DNA of 64,000 nt. It comes from an uncultured Flavobacteriaceae bacterium (GTDB lineage Bacteria; Bacteroidota; Bacteroidia; Flavobacteriales; Flavobacteriaceae). The stretch spans positions 7,718-71,717 of the forward strand of contig CAVYHF010000016.1 of NCBI GenBank assembly GCA_963768235.1, in the 5' to 3' direction. Position numbers and translations under genes: made by a program. The notes beneath the pieces were generated by a model. It was not told the DNA's origin. It searched no databases and worked only from the letters and a program-made list of their open reading frames with translations. Shown here piece after piece: positions 1 to 9,841 of this stretch; the first letter of the stretch is position 1; every line of letters begins with the position of its first letter.

Positions 1-244
1 TTACCAAATATTTTTTGTATTAACTCGCTACCACATATTCTTCCATCAGTAAGTAATTACTACTAACGTGTTCGTTTATGATTTGTTGGCGTGGAGCCAA
101 ATGGAGCGAGAAAATCCCGAGACCTTGGGATAGCATAGCGGTCTCGAGTATATAATAAATTAGTACAATTCATAAGTTTAAAAGTAAGGTAATTTTTCAT
201 TTAGTAATTAAGCTAAATGAATTATACATATTGTTTGGCACAGT

Positions 245-1180
245 TTAATATTTATTATGAAAGTCAAGTACTGATTTCTTGAAATTTGCAGGCGATTCTA
301 TATATTCAAAGTGACCACAATTTTCATAAAGGGAAAGTTCCGAATGAGGTATTTTATTTTTAATTGCTTTTGCCCCATCGACAGAAAACACACTTTCAGT
401 TCCGTGAAGAATCAAAGTTGGACAAGTTATTCGATATAATTTATCGTGAATATCATATTTTCCTAATCCCTTTCTAACATGGTTATTGGTAGCATCAATC
501 TTTTTAATACTGATTGAGTCAAAACCAAGTGTGAGTTTCGAAGTATCCCTTGGATTTGCAAAATAACTGGTCAGAAAAGTTTTGTAATATTTGTTATAGG
601 ATGAAACATCGTAATTTTTGAATTCGTCAGATCCGGAAATACTATCTAAATAGTTGTTCTGTTCTTCAGTAAGCCGTGAATTAATTGTTTTAATTTGATA
701 AGGAGTCCTAAGATCATAACTAGCAGCATCTGTGTCTATAAGAACTAGAGAGTTAAGATTATCGGGAAATGTTATTCCGTAATACATTCCTAATAAACCA
801 CCAAAGGAATGACCCAGAAGATTGACTTTTGATAAACCAAAATGTCTTCTTAATTCTTCTAGGTCTCGGACAAAGCTATCCATGTTCAGATTAGTTGAGT
901 CATTTTCCCCTTCAGACCAACCACTTCCTCTTTGATCATAGTATAATAATGTAAATTCAGACGACAGAAGCGAGTCTATTTGAGGCTTCATATACTTGTG
1001 ACTTAATCCCGGTCCACCATGAAGGATGACTAGAGTATCTCCCCTACCAGAAATTGAATAGTAGTGTTTAGCTGTATTTATGTTAATGTAACCACTATTT
1101 GTATTATTAATGCTTTGCTTGCGTGTACAGTTTATTACTAACAGCAAACCCATGAAAAACAAAAGCTTTTTTAAATGCAT
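245..1180 (-). CDS. alpha/beta hydrolase, prolyl aminopeptidase-like lipoprotein
   Basis: 311-aa ORF with a lipoprotein-type signal ending LLVINC. HGGPG oxyanion-hole motif and GHSFGG nucleophile elbow are typical of proline iminopeptidase-type alpha/beta hydrolases. Confidence 0.8.
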   Translation of the reverse strand: MHLKKLLFFMGLLLVINCTRKQSINNTNSGYININTAKHYYSISGRGDTLVILHGGPGLSHKYMKPQIDSLLSSEFTLLYYDQRGSGWSEGENDSTNLNMDSFVRDLEELRRHFGLSKVNLLGHSFGGLLGMYYGITFPDNLNSLVLIDTDAASYDLRTPYQIKTINSRLTEEQNNYLDSISGSDEFKNYDVSSYNKYYKTFLTSYFANPRDTSKLTLGFDSISIKKIDATNNHVRKGLGKYDIHDKLYRITCPTLILHGTESVFSVDGAKAIKNKIPHSELSLYENCGHFEYIESPANFKKSVLDFHNKY

Positions 1181-1212
1181 ATAGTTTCTATGTAATTTTG
1201 CCCAACGTTTTG

Positions 1213-1248
1213 TATATGAGCCGTTTCCCGAAGGGTATGGCTTATATA
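1213..1248 (-). other. nested hairpin downstream of the membrane protein gene
   Basis: TATATGAGCC ... GGCTTATATA (one mismatch) encloses CCC-GAA-GGG. On the transcribed minus strand the inner loop is C(UUCG)G, a stable tetraloop. No U-tract follows. Confidence 0.3.
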
Positions 1249-1289
1249 ACTTGTTGTGCTCAGTTTTATTAAACTCTAAAGAAACATGA

Positions 1290-1907
1290 TCAACTTGTTT
1301 TAATTAATTCAATTCCAATTAAGGAAAATCCTATACCTAAGGATATACTTCCAATAACACCTCCCCATACAGGCGTAAAAATTCCTGAAATAAGGGGGAG
1401 CATAAAAAATCCTGCAATTACTAAGGCTGGTCCTAAACGCTTTAATTTCCGGGTCATCAAAAGAGATATCATAAACAAAATCCATCCAATAGAAAATGTT
1501 GCTAATGCTAGCATAGCTCCAATATCATAGCCTATAGATTCAGAAGAGTCTAATTTGTCCATGACCTCAGGGCTTATTTTGGCAATGTCAGGAAGAATAA
1601 ATATTTGATGCCATTCATTTGCAAAAAGGAACGCACTACCAAAAAAAGCAATAATAAATGTAACATGTCTGAACAATCTAGCACGTTCTATTTGGCTGTG
1701 TTGCAGATAAAGTCCAATGGAACCAAATAAAAGAAATACTGCTGTTAAAGCGGCGAAAATCATTCTATAAAAAAATGGAGAAGATGTAAGTATTTTACTA
1801 AAAGGTGCTTCAAAGTCAACAAATGGAGAAATAGCAACGTTGGTTATAACAAAAAACAACCCTCCCATAATTAGGGCGATCCCACAATATTTAATCAACT
1901 GTTTCAT
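1290..1907 (-). CDS. integral membrane protein, unknown function
   Basis: 205-aa ORF made almost entirely of about 6 hydrophobic helices. No family recognised. Confidence 0.6.
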   Translation of the reverse strand: MKQLIKYCGIALIMGGLFFVITNVAISPFVDFEAPFSKILTSSPFFYRMIFAALTAVFLLFGSIGLYLQHSQIERARLFRHVTFIIAFFGSAFLFANEWHQIFILPDIAKISPEVMDKLDSSESIGYDIGAMLALATFSIGWILFMISLLMTRKLKRLGPALVIAGFFMLPLISGIFTPVWGGVIGSISLGIGFSLIGIELIKTS

Positions 1908-1939
1908 ATGATATGCATTTAATTAAGCACAACAATTAT

Positions 1940-1961
1940 ATATAGTAACAAGTTACTATAT
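1940..1961. promoter_or_regulatory. 22-bp perfect palindrome ATATAGTAAC-AA-GTTACTATAT
   Basis: Perfect 10-bp arms, 33-54 bp upstream of the start of the membrane protein gene at 1907. Confidence 0.4.
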
Positions 1962-2150
1962 TTCTATTTTGTCAATACCACCCTAAATTCCTATAATTTT
2001 ATCGAAAAAGCAATAATAATTGGCACTAAAAATGATGTAAATATGTACAAAGGAGTACAACTTTTTTAAATGACTTTAGCTGCCTGTTTTGAAGAAGTTG
2101 ACCAAAGCGTTATTTTAATCTAGCAAATGAGCAAATAGCTGTTCAATAAA

Positions 2151-2173
2151 AAAGCCCTTTTTTTAAGGGCTTT
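2151..2173 (-). terminator. intrinsic terminator after the amidohydrolase pair
   Basis: Perfect 9-bp stem AAAGCCCTT / AAGGGCTTT with a TTTTT loop. On the minus strand it is followed by a T-run. Confidence 0.7.
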
Positions 2174-2196
2174 TCAAAAATCATTATGAATATTGT

Positions 2197-3492
2197 TTAT
2201 TTACCTTCATACTTTCCCATATACCGTTGCCAAAGTTCGGTTTGGTGGGTTTCCAATGATAGGGTACGGCCATCAATAAAAGCATGGGTCAATTGGTTGC
2301 CCCGCATATCCAAGGCATCGCCTGTAGAAACAAATAGGGTGGCGCTTTTGCCAACCTCCAAGGTGCCATACTCCTTATCAATGCCCAATATCTTGGCACT
2401 GTTGCCCGTAATCATCTGTAGTGCTTTTTCCCTATCTAACCCTTGGCCAACCACCTGGCCTGCATAAAAGGGCAGGTTTCGTGTCTGAAAGTTAGAGGAA
2501 CTTCCGTTTTGTATGGCCACTAAAACACCTGCATCTGCCAATAACTTGGGCAACTTATAAGGCAGATCGTAGTCCTCATCATCCAAGGCCGGTAGGTTGT
2601 GGGTAAACTGTACCAAAACAGCAATGTTGTTTTCCTTGAGAAAATCGGTGATTTTATAAGCATGGTAGCCACCAACTAATACCACCTCTTTGGCGCCATT
2701 GCCCTTTGCTGAAGTTATTGCATCAATGATCTCTTTTTCACCATCGGCGCGGATATATAATTTTTGCGAGCCATCAAAAACACCTTGCATTGCCGCAAAA
2801 GCCGGGTTCAAGTCCGCATTTTTCGTTTTCCCATAAGCTGCCGCATTAGCTAAAAAGCTTTGTATCTCATCCAATTGCTTTGTGTACTCCTTGTTGGGTT
2901 GAAACCCCCTAGGTTCACCCATCCACCAACGACCTCTTCTAAAACTATTGGGCCAGTTCATGTGTATACCATCATCTACTTTTATGGCAGCATCTTCCCA
3001 GTTCCATGCATCAAATTGCACAATTGATGAGGTTCCGGAAATTCTCCCTCCTTGCGGGGTAATCTGACCTATGAGCACACCATTGGGGCGCATACTTTCC
3101 ACCACCTGTGATTCGGCATTATAGGCGATTAAACTGCGAACATGTGGAATCATTTCGCCAATCTCGTCCTGGTCGTTACTGGCACGTACGGCATTGACTT
3201 CAGTAAGTCCCAAAGCTTTGGAGGGAGCTATAAAGCCAGGGTATACATGTTTCCCTTTGCCTTTAATGACCGTGCCTTTACGGGCAATCTTTGTCATGGC
3301 ACTACCCACAAAGGTAAGTTTGCCACCTTCAAACATGATCAGGGCATTTTCAATGACTTCGCCATTACCCAAATGTGCCGTGGCACCGTCTATTGAAATG
3401 GCTTCTTTTTGCCCAGAAGCAGGGGTTTGCTGGGCTGTACCCATAAACAAAGCCATGACTGCTAAAACTAATGTGTATATTGATTTTTTCAT
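2197..3492 (-). CDS. amidohydrolase-fold protein, secreted, metal-binding HxH motif degenerate
   Basis: The ORF is open to 3573, but the signal peptide MKKSIYTLVLAVMALFMGTAQQ starts at 3492. Amidohydrolase-like strand GKHVYPGFIAPSKALGL has SKA where HxH is expected. Confidence 0.8.
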   Translation of the reverse strand: MKKSIYTLVLAVMALFMGTAQQTPASGQKEAISIDGATAHLGNGEVIENALIMFEGGKLTFVGSAMTKIARKGTVIKGKGKHVYPGFIAPSKALGLTEVNAVRASNDQDEIGEMIPHVRSLIAYNAESQVVESMRPNGVLIGQITPQGGRISGTSSIVQFDAWNWEDAAIKVDDGIHMNWPNSFRRGRWWMGEPRGFQPNKEYTKQLDEIQSFLANAAAYGKTKNADLNPAFAAMQGVFDGSQKLYIRADGEKEIIDAITSAKGNGAKEVVLVGGYHAYKITDFLKENNIAVLVQFTHNLPALDDEDYDLPYKLPKLLADAGVLVAIQNGSSSNFQTRNLPFYAGQVVGQGLDREKALQMITGNSAKILGIDKEYGTLEVGKSATLFVSTGDALDMRGNQLTHAFIDGRTLSLETHQTELWQRYMGKYEGK

Positions 3493-3585
3493 TGTTTTTT
3501 TTATAACACCACTCAACAACCTCTCGACTCCGCTAGAGGTGACATATGGTTTGTTTTCTAATAATTTTTCCATTTTCTATGCTTA

Positions 3586-6531
3586 TTATAGAGAATCGCA
3601 GTGAAGTTTCTCTTTTTTAGTATTCTTCGGGGCCTGTGTTTTACCACCACTATCTTTTTCCTTAAGCATCATCGTGATGAGTTTGTTTCGCTCATTTTTT
3701 ATCGTTTCACGCTGTTGCTTGTCTTTTTCCAAATCAAAATAAGTGGCTCCTTCAATCAAGGTTTTCTCTGCCTTTGCGTAAATAGACAATGGGTTATCAC
3801 TCCATAACACCAAATCGGCATCCTTACCTTCTTTAATGCTGCCCACGCGCTCATCAATATGCAAAAGCTTGGCAGGGTTAATGGTCACCATTTTCCAGGC
3901 CTCCAGTTCGGAAACACCGCCATATTTTATGGTTTTAGCTGCTTCTTGGTTTAATCTACGCGACATTTCGGCATCATCACTGTTAATGGCCACCGTAATA
4001 CCTTGGCTGTGCATAATAGCCGCGTTATAGGGTATAGCGTCTTTTACCTCGTATTTGTAGGCCCACCAGTCACTGAATGTTGACCCACCAACGCCGTGTT
4101 CGGCCATTTTATCGGCCACCTTATAACCTTCCAAAATGTGGGTGAACGTATTTACTTTAAAACCGAATTTATCGGCCACTTTCATCAACATATTTATTTC
4201 GCTTTGCACATAGGAATGACAACTTATATAACGCTCCCCGTTAAGGATTTCAACCAAGGTTTCCATTTCCTCATCATGGCGATAGGGATTTCCACTCTTC
4301 TTTTTGACCTCGTATTCCTTGGCCCGCTGAAAGTAATTCATAAATACTTGTTCAACACCCATTCGTGTTTGTGGAAAGCGACTGAAACTCTGCCAGTTAC
4401 TTTGTTTTACATTTTCACCCAAAGCGAATTTTATGAACTTGGGCGAATCGCTATAGATCATATTTTGGGCACTTTCTCCCCATTTCAACTTCAAAATCGC
4501 AGAACGCCCACCAATGGGGTTCGCTGAACCATGAAGCAATTGCAAGGAAGTTACACCACCTGCTAAATTGCGGTAAATATCAATATCCTCAGGATCTACC
4601 ACATCTTCCATTTTAACTTCGGCTGTGGAATTATGGCCTGCTTCGTTAATGGCCAAGGCCGCCAAATGGCTATGCTCATCGATTACGCCAGCAGTAAGAT
4701 GCTTTCCTGAAGCATCGATTACTTTAGCGCGACCTGCATTCAGGTTTTGACCGATTTTTGAGATTTTACCGTCCTTGACCAAGACATCGGTATTTTCAAG
4801 AATTCCTGCATCTTCGCTCGTCCAGACCGTGGCATTTTTGAAAAAAATGTCCTCCGATTTAGGAATGGAGGAATATCCATAGCCCAAATTGGGATACGTA
4901 ACGGCCACCATTTCTGGTTTCTTGGCTTCTTTTTTCTCTTTCTCCTTTTCGGCGAAGGCTTTGGTCTGCGTTGCCTTAAAAGTAGATTCCTTCCCGGAGG
5001 GACCAATTAATCTTCCTTTGATTGTAGCGCTATTGCCTTTGACCAATCCCGCCATACGATATAGCTTATCGTCTTGGGTAAAAGAAAGATTCATCCAAGC
5101 ATCTTTATATGAGATTTTGGATTTTAATTTAATGGTGTCCTTTTTTACTTCTGCTTTAGGCTTACTGGGTTCACCGGTAATTGAAAGTTTAAAGGATTCA
5201 TTTCCTGCCATTAGATCATAATCGCCACGAATTTCTTTTTGATCCTTATCGTTAATGACATTCTTGGTACCCTGTACCCAGTTTTCATAAAACGTGGTAC
5301 TCTTATTGAAAATATCGCCTGAAGTAATCAAGAAGTTCGCATAACGACCTTGTTGCAAGGACCCAATTTTATTTGATTTGCCTAAAATCTGAGCAGGAAT
5401 CGTGGTTAAAGCTTCTAAAGCTTTGGTTTCTGAAAGTCCGTAGGTAATGGCCTTTTGTAATTTGTCCTTGAGTTTCGCTGGGGATTTTAATCCGTTTAAC
5501 GTAAAAGAAAAAGTAACTCCATTCTCCGCCAATATTTTCGGATTTGCCGGGGCTTGGTTCCAGTGACGCATGTCTTCCAAAGAAACATACAATGCCTGGT
5601 ACGGATTACTAACATCATAGGCATCCGGAAAGTTCAACGGCAAAATAAGCTTTGCGTTGGTGTTCTTAATATCAGCAATGGCTTCATATTCATCACCACC
5701 GCCTAAAATTGTATATTGAATTCCGTTTTTATCACCTATACCATCGGCTCTCAGTACATTGCCCTTATCGCCAGCTGCAATAATTTGCACCATTCCTTTA
5801 TTGGCATTCAATGCCTCCAAGGAACGGTCTTTGGTGTCCATATTGCCTTTGGCATACCAATCGGCATCGGTATACATTTGGCGAAGTAAGGCCATGGCAC
5901 CCATTAATGAAGTAGGGTAGCTTTGTCTTGAAGCCACACTTTTTGAAAATGAGAAGTAGTGGCCCGATTTATCATCAATTACCCTTTTTGAATTATCCGC
6001 TTGTCCGTTTAAAGCTATCAGGACGCCGGTTCCACGCGCAATACCGTCTTGAATGTGCGAATTGACAACACCAAAACCGGCATCGCGCAATTCCTTGGCC
6101 TTTTTGTCATCATATTTGAATTTGCTGATGGCATTGCTTTCAGGCATAATATGGTCGTTCCAGTAAAAACCTTCTCGAGTGGCATCATATTGAGGAGAAC
6201 GCCTGTCGCCTTGGGCACGTTTTGGTTTGCTTACCCCAAAATCAGAATAGATATCGATAAAAGATGGATAAACTGATTTTCCATCCAAATCTACAATTAC
6301 TGTGTTTTTTGGAATAGTTACCGATTTGCCTACCTGTACCACTTTTCCATTCTGAATAAGCAAGGTACCTTGCTCAACAACTTGGGTAGGTGTAATGAAG
6401 ATCTTGGCGTTCGTAAATGCTGTGAAATTGTTGTTTTTTGATTTTACCCCATCGTTTTCCGGAAAGTAATCCTGGGCAAATAAAGTTGCACCACACCATA
6501 GAATGGTGAGTGCCAGAAGTCTCATTTTCAT
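3586..6531 (-). CDS. large two-module amidohydrolase family protein, secreted
   Basis: 981-aa ORF with signal peptide MKMRLLALTILWCGATLFAQ. The C-terminal module has canonical GVIDEHSHLA and INSDD. The N-terminal module has PSFIDIYSDFG (YSD instead of HxH). Confidence 0.85.
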   Translation of the reverse strand: MKMRLLALTILWCGATLFAQDYFPENDGVKSKNNNFTAFTNAKIFITPTQVVEQGTLLIQNGKVVQVGKSVTIPKNTVIVDLDGKSVYPSFIDIYSDFGVSKPKRAQGDRRSPQYDATREGFYWNDHIMPESNAISKFKYDDKKAKELRDAGFGVVNSHIQDGIARGTGVLIALNGQADNSKRVIDDKSGHYFSFSKSVASRQSYPTSLMGAMALLRQMYTDADWYAKGNMDTKDRSLEALNANKGMVQIIAAGDKGNVLRADGIGDKNGIQYTILGGGDEYEAIADIKNTNAKLILPLNFPDAYDVSNPYQALYVSLEDMRHWNQAPANPKILAENGVTFSFTLNGLKSPAKLKDKLQKAITYGLSETKALEALTTIPAQILGKSNKIGSLQQGRYANFLITSGDIFNKSTTFYENWVQGTKNVINDKDQKEIRGDYDLMAGNESFKLSITGEPSKPKAEVKKDTIKLKSKISYKDAWMNLSFTQDDKLYRMAGLVKGNSATIKGRLIGPSGKESTFKATQTKAFAEKEKEKKEAKKPEMVAVTYPNLGYGYSSIPKSEDIFFKNATVWTSEDAGILENTDVLVKDGKISKIGQNLNAGRAKVIDASGKHLTAGVIDEHSHLAALAINEAGHNSTAEVKMEDVVDPEDIDIYRNLAGGVTSLQLLHGSANPIGGRSAILKLKWGESAQNMIYSDSPKFIKFALGENVKQSNWQSFSRFPQTRMGVEQVFMNYFQRAKEYEVKKKSGNPYRHDEEMETLVEILNGERYISCHSYVQSEINMLMKVADKFGFKVNTFTHILEGYKVADKMAEHGVGGSTFSDWWAYKYEVKDAIPYNAAIMHSQGITVAINSDDAEMSRRLNQEAAKTIKYGGVSELEAWKMVTINPAKLLHIDERVGSIKEGKDADLVLWSDNPLSIYAKAEKTLIEGATYFDLEKDKQQRETIKNERNKLITMMLKEKDSGGKTQAPKNTKKEKLHCDSL

Positions 6532-6603
6532 ATTAAAATTTTAGCTAATTAGTCGTTCTAAAGATATAGGTTGCACTTTAAATAATCGGGCATGTTAACT
6601 TTT

Positions 6604-7677
6604 TTAACGTTTTACCGGATGCTCCTTGTGGTAAGTGACCAATAGGGAAACTACGGCACTATAACTCTTGATGCCTTTGGTCTGGTTATTGGCCTTTAAG
6701 AACGTATCGAAAATGGACTTAAAGACGGGTTCTAAGGGATTTTCGAAAGACTGCCAAAAATCGGCCATTTCCTGAAAGTTTTTTTGAATACCAGGATTCA
6801 TCTTGGCATATAGTTCTTTGAATTTTTCTTCATCATGACGGCGAATATCACTAAGGGTGTAACCCAAGGCATATGCATAGGCTGAATATTGAAAATAGAT
6901 ATCGGGATTATAAATTGTGGCCAAATACCCTATGAAATTAGTCTCATTTTCGGCAGAGTACCCCACTTGATGCCCAATTTCGTGGCCACTTACCACCGGA
7001 AACTTAAAGTTTGGCAGACGACCGTTTACCTGAGCCTCATGGGTAAATGGGTTCAGATACCCACCATAACCCATATATGTCAAAGCCGTACTAAAAATTG
7101 ACTTTTTAATGCTAGGTTTTTTATAGGAAATAAAGGGATATGCCTTTTCCAAGTTGTCATAACCAATCAAAGTTTTATTAAAAATTTCTTTTTTGGAATA
7201 CGGAATTTCAACCGCCAATGCGGTGTCTTTGGTTATACTGAATTGAAGTTCATTGGTTTTTAAGATCAAGACTTCTACGAGATCTAATAGTTCATCATCG
7301 GTATGTTCTTCATTCAAAGCGAACTTTTCGGCCAAAGGTTGGCGGTAATAATTCAATCCCCAGAGCAGATGAAAGGTGAAGTAAGCGATTGATAATATGA
7401 AAAGCACATTGCGCAAAAATCGAAATGGATAGGTGCGGATTTCCAACCAATGCCTTATTACATACCGTATTGCCAAAACAGAAAGTATAAAATAAAAAAT
7501 ATCCCCTGCAGAGAAAGGAATCCATCCGTATAAAATCCTGAAGAATTTTGATATCCAGGGATATATGCCCTCGCTGTAATATTTTTCGACCGCATCTGGA
7601 TAGTTTGCCAACCATTTCACTAGAATAATCTGCGGAATTATCGATAGGGCAACCCAATTTTTAATTTTGTAAGCCAT
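6604..7677 (-). CDS. DUF3810-like membrane zinc metalloprotease-like protein
   Basis: N-terminal TM helices and an HEIGHQ (HExxH) motif. Start chosen at MAYKIKNW, because the longer ORF would overlap divergent pepD. Family name recalled from memory. Confidence 0.7.
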   Translation of the reverse strand: MAYKIKNWVALSIIPQIILVKWLANYPDAVEKYYSEGIYPWISKFFRILYGWIPFSAGDIFYFILSVLAIRYVIRHWLEIRTYPFRFLRNVLFILSIAYFTFHLLWGLNYYRQPLAEKFALNEEHTDDELLDLVEVLILKTNELQFSITKDTALAVEIPYSKKEIFNKTLIGYDNLEKAYPFISYKKPSIKKSIFSTALTYMGYGGYLNPFTHEAQVNGRLPNFKFPVVSGHEIGHQVGYSAENETNFIGYLATIYNPDIYFQYSAYAYALGYTLSDIRRHDEEKFKELYAKMNPGIQKNFQEMADFWQSFENPLEPVFKSIFDTFLKANNQTKGIKSYSAVVSLLVTYHKEHPVKR

Positions 7678-7749
7678 TGAATCAAAAATAGGCATTAATG
7701 GGTTAAAGTTAATTCGCAAACCGTATTTTTGAAACACAAAATCAAAGAT

Positions 7750-9210
7750 ATGAGCAAAGAAGTACGCGAACTCGAGCCAAAGGTGATCTGGAATAAATTT
7801 TCCGATTTAAATGAAGTGCCAAGACCTTCTAAAAAGGAGGAACGGGTGATACAATTTATGTTGGATTTTGGTAAATCACTAGGTCTTGAGACCTTTTCAG
7901 ATGCTGTAGGTAATGTGATTATAAGAAAATCGGCAACAACCGGAATGGAAGACAGGAAAAAGATAACCCTGCAATCCCATTTGGATATGGTGCACCAAAA
8001 AAATGCGGATACCGACTTTGATTTTGATGTTGAGGGAATTAAGATGTTTATCACAGGGGACTGGGTCAAAGCTAAAGGAACTACGTTGGGTGCCGACAAT
8101 GGTTTGGGCGTGGCTACCATTATGGCTTTGTTGGAAAGTACTGATATTCCGCATCCTTTTTTGGAAGCCTTGTTTACCATTGATGAAGAAACAGGGATGA
8201 CGGGGGCCATGGGTCTTAAAGGAGGTGTTTTACAGGGAGAAATCTTATTGAACTTAGATACCGAGGAAGATTATGAATTGGATATTGGATGTGCTGGAGG
8301 TATTGATGTAACCGCAACGCGAAATTATACTCAAGAAAATGTAGCTGCTGATTCTATGGGATGTTTAATAAGCGTCAAGGATTTGCAAGGAGGCCACAGC
8401 GGCATGGACATTCATCGAGGCTTGGGCAATGCCAATAAGATCATGAATCGTTTACTTTTCAATGGTATAGAAAAGTTTGATTTACAAATTGCAGAAATTG
8501 ATGGGGGAAGTTTACGAAATGCTATACCTCGCGAGAGTTTTGCCAAAGTAGCTGTAAAAAGTTCCAATAAATCAGATTTTGAAGCTGAGTTTGCACAATG
8601 GGGGGAAATAATCAAATCTGAACTTTCAGTGAACGAACCAGATCTGACCATTTCTTTGGAATGGAAAGAAGCGCCTAATAAGGTAATGCTAAAAGACACC
8701 CAAGAAAAATTGATAAGGGCTATTTATGTTGCTCATAACGGGGTGTATGCGATGAGCGCCGCTATTGCTGATCTGGTGGAAACATCTAATAATGTCGCCC
8801 GGGTAGCTGTAAGAAATGGGGAAATAAAAATAGGCTGTTTAACACGTTCTTCTGTTAATTCCGCTAAAATGGATCTTGCAAACGCCTTGAAATCCGCTTT
8901 TCAATTGGCAGATTGTGAAGTGAGAATGGACGGGGAATACCCTGGTTGGAAGCCCGATCCTGATTCGGCCATTTTAAAAGTGTTGGAAAGTAAATATGAG
9001 ACCCTTTTTGGTGCAAAACCAGATGTGGTAGCTTGTCATGCAGGATTGGAATGCGGTATTTTAGGGCAGAATTATCCTGATATGGATATGATAAGTTTTG
9101 GTCCAACAATCAAAGGGGCACATTCCCCAGATGAACGGGTAAGTATATCATCTGTGCAAAAATTCTGGAAATTTGTACAGGAGATTTTAAAAGATATTCC
9201 CAAGAAATAG
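7750..9210 (+). CDS. pepD: aminoacyl-histidine (Xaa-His) dipeptidase, M20 family
   Basis: Motifs LQSHLDMVHQKN, GADNGLGVA and FTIDEETGMTGA. Start placed at MSKEVRELEP. Confidence 0.9.
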   Translation: MSKEVRELEPKVIWNKFSDLNEVPRPSKKEERVIQFMLDFGKSLGLETFSDAVGNVIIRKSATTGMEDRKKITLQSHLDMVHQKNADTDFDFDVEGIKMFITGDWVKAKGTTLGADNGLGVATIMALLESTDIPHPFLEALFTIDEETGMTGAMGLKGGVLQGEILLNLDTEEDYELDIGCAGGIDVTATRNYTQENVAADSMGCLISVKDLQGGHSGMDIHRGLGNANKIMNRLLFNGIEKFDLQIAEIDGGSLRNAIPRESFAKVAVKSSNKSDFEAEFAQWGEIIKSELSVNEPDLTISLEWKEAPNKVMLKDTQEKLIRAIYVAHNGVYAMSAAIADLVETSNNVARVAVRNGEIKIGCLTRSSVNSAKMDLANALKSAFQLADCEVRMDGEYPGWKPDPDSAILKVLESKYETLFGAKPDVVACHAGLECGILGQNYPDMDMISFGPTIKGAHSPDERVSISSVQKFWKFVQEILKDIPKK

Positions 9211-9305
9211 GTCTTTTTTCTAAGAAATATGCATCTCATTTAACAAATAGTTTTGAATCTACTAATAAAAATTTAGTAACTTTAAGAAATTGATAAATCA
9301 ACGTT

Positions 9306-9773
9306 ATGGGTATTAAGAGTTTTCAAGGTGCGAGAAAGAACCAGCAGGCAACAGATGATATTCCCTTCAAAGTAAGTGATTTCATGACTAAGAATTTAAT
9401 CACTTTTAGACCTGAACAATCAATTGAAGAGGTCATAGATTCATTGATAAATAATAAAATATCAGGCGGTCCTGTGGTTAATGATAAGAACGAGTTGGTT
9501 GGCATTATTTCTGAAGGGGATTGTATTAAACACATTAGTGAGAGTAGGTATTATAACATGCCTCCGGAAGATGATAAAATTGAGAACCGCATGGTCAAAA
9601 ATGTTGAAACTATCGATGGCGATATGAATATTTTTGATGCTGCGAATAAATTCCTGAGTGACAAACGACGTCGCTTTCCTATTGTTAAGGATGGTAAATT
9701 GGTGGGTCAGATTTCGCAAAAGGATATTCTGAAAGCGACCATAATGATGAAGTCACAGAATTGGAAAAAATAA
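9306..9773 (+). CDS. CBS domain pair protein
   Basis: 155-aa ORF with two CBS repeats (VSDFMTKNLITF...GIISEGD and MVKNVETI...GQISQKDIL). Confidence 0.8.
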   Translation: MGIKSFQGARKNQQATDDIPFKVSDFMTKNLITFRPEQSIEEVIDSLINNKISGGPVVNDKNELVGIISEGDCIKHISESRYYNMPPEDDKIENRMVKNVETIDGDMNIFDAANKFLSDKRRRFPIVKDGKLVGQISQKDILKATIMMKSQNWKK

Positions 9774-9795
9774 CACAGTATAAATCAAGAAAAAA

Positions 9796-9827
9796 GCCTT
9801 GACGTTTTTCGTCAAGGCTTTTTTTTA
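9796..9827. terminator. bidirectional intrinsic terminator between convergent genes
   Basis: Perfect 9-bp stem GCCTTGACG / CGTCAAGGC with a TTTTT loop. It is preceded by an A-run and followed by a T-run. Confidence 0.8.
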
Positions 9828-9841
9828 TTCTGAAAATTACT

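Noticed and set aside
118-146. GC-rich hairpins in AT-rich spacers: CGAGACC-N15-GGTCTCG here and ACCTCT-N10-AGAGGT at 3519-3540. They could be REP-like elements or small RNAs.
   Set aside because: The stems are only 6-7 bp, no sequence is shared between copies, and there is no flanking promoter or terminator signal. Evidence is insufficient.
1251-1935. 10-bp inverted repeat TTGTTGTGCT (1251-1260) / AGCACAACAA (1926-1935) flanking the membrane protein gene at 1290-1907.
   Set aside because: Exact 10-mer matches are expected many times by chance in 64 kb. There is no other sign of mobility (no target duplication, no recombinase).
7695-8210. 171-aa minus-strand ORF, plus other long antisense ORFs such as 3194-3604, 4096-4527, 34314-34730, 41952-42305, 53962-54363 and 61747-62013.
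   Set aside because: Each lies entirely antisense to a gene with strong family motifs. Their sequences are low-complexity (Ser/Pro/Leu/Ile-rich) with no recognisable domains. They are shadow ORFs.
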